Below are positions 6,939-6,959 of a stretch of 6,959 bases of DNA, in pieces. The notes below the pieces were generated by a model. That model worked only from the letters and a program-made list of their open reading frames with translations, did not search any database and was not told the origin of the DNA. This DNA is from Paraphysomonas bandaiensis (taxonomy: Eukaryota > Protista > Chrysophyceae): NCBI GenBank assembly GCA_965644295.1, contig CBFFRP010000467.1, positions 1 to 6,959 on the forward strand. Direction: 5' to 3'. The first letter of the stretch is position 1; every line of letters starts with the position of its first letter. The position numbers and the translations under genes are program-made.

Positions 6939-6959
6939 GAGCACATGTAACTGGAACGG

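Noticed and set aside
6332-6946. 204-aa poly-(Asn-Pro) ORF on the minus strand
   Set aside because: It is simply the translation of (CCCTAA)n, which has no stop codon in that frame. There is no evidence of a gene.

Overview
Eukaryotic chromosome end, probably from a protist or other microbial eukaryote with short 46-90 nt spliceosomal introns and TTAGGG telomeres. Left to right: (i) about 1.8 kb with no recognisable gene, including a C/A-skewed stretch (410-1170) that may be a decayed element; (ii) a minus-strand 9-exon gene (3789->1798, 501 aa once spliced) for a group II PLP-dependent aromatic-amino-acid-type decarboxylase. Its motifs look proteobacterial, two consecutive introns need GC-AG splicing, and several introns form hairpins ending at the 3' splice site; (iii) a head-to-head, apparently intronless 7-blade WD40 gene (4240-5355) followed by a diverged tandem copy of its own 3' end; (iv) a layered subtelomere with two short internal telomeric tracts carrying variant units, a diverged two-copy repeat at 163-bp spacing, and a short inverted CCCTA motif; (v) 94 perfect TTAGGG units followed by 21 nt of non-telomeric sequence. 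All splice models were derived by hand from reading frame and recalled family motifs. No database search was run.
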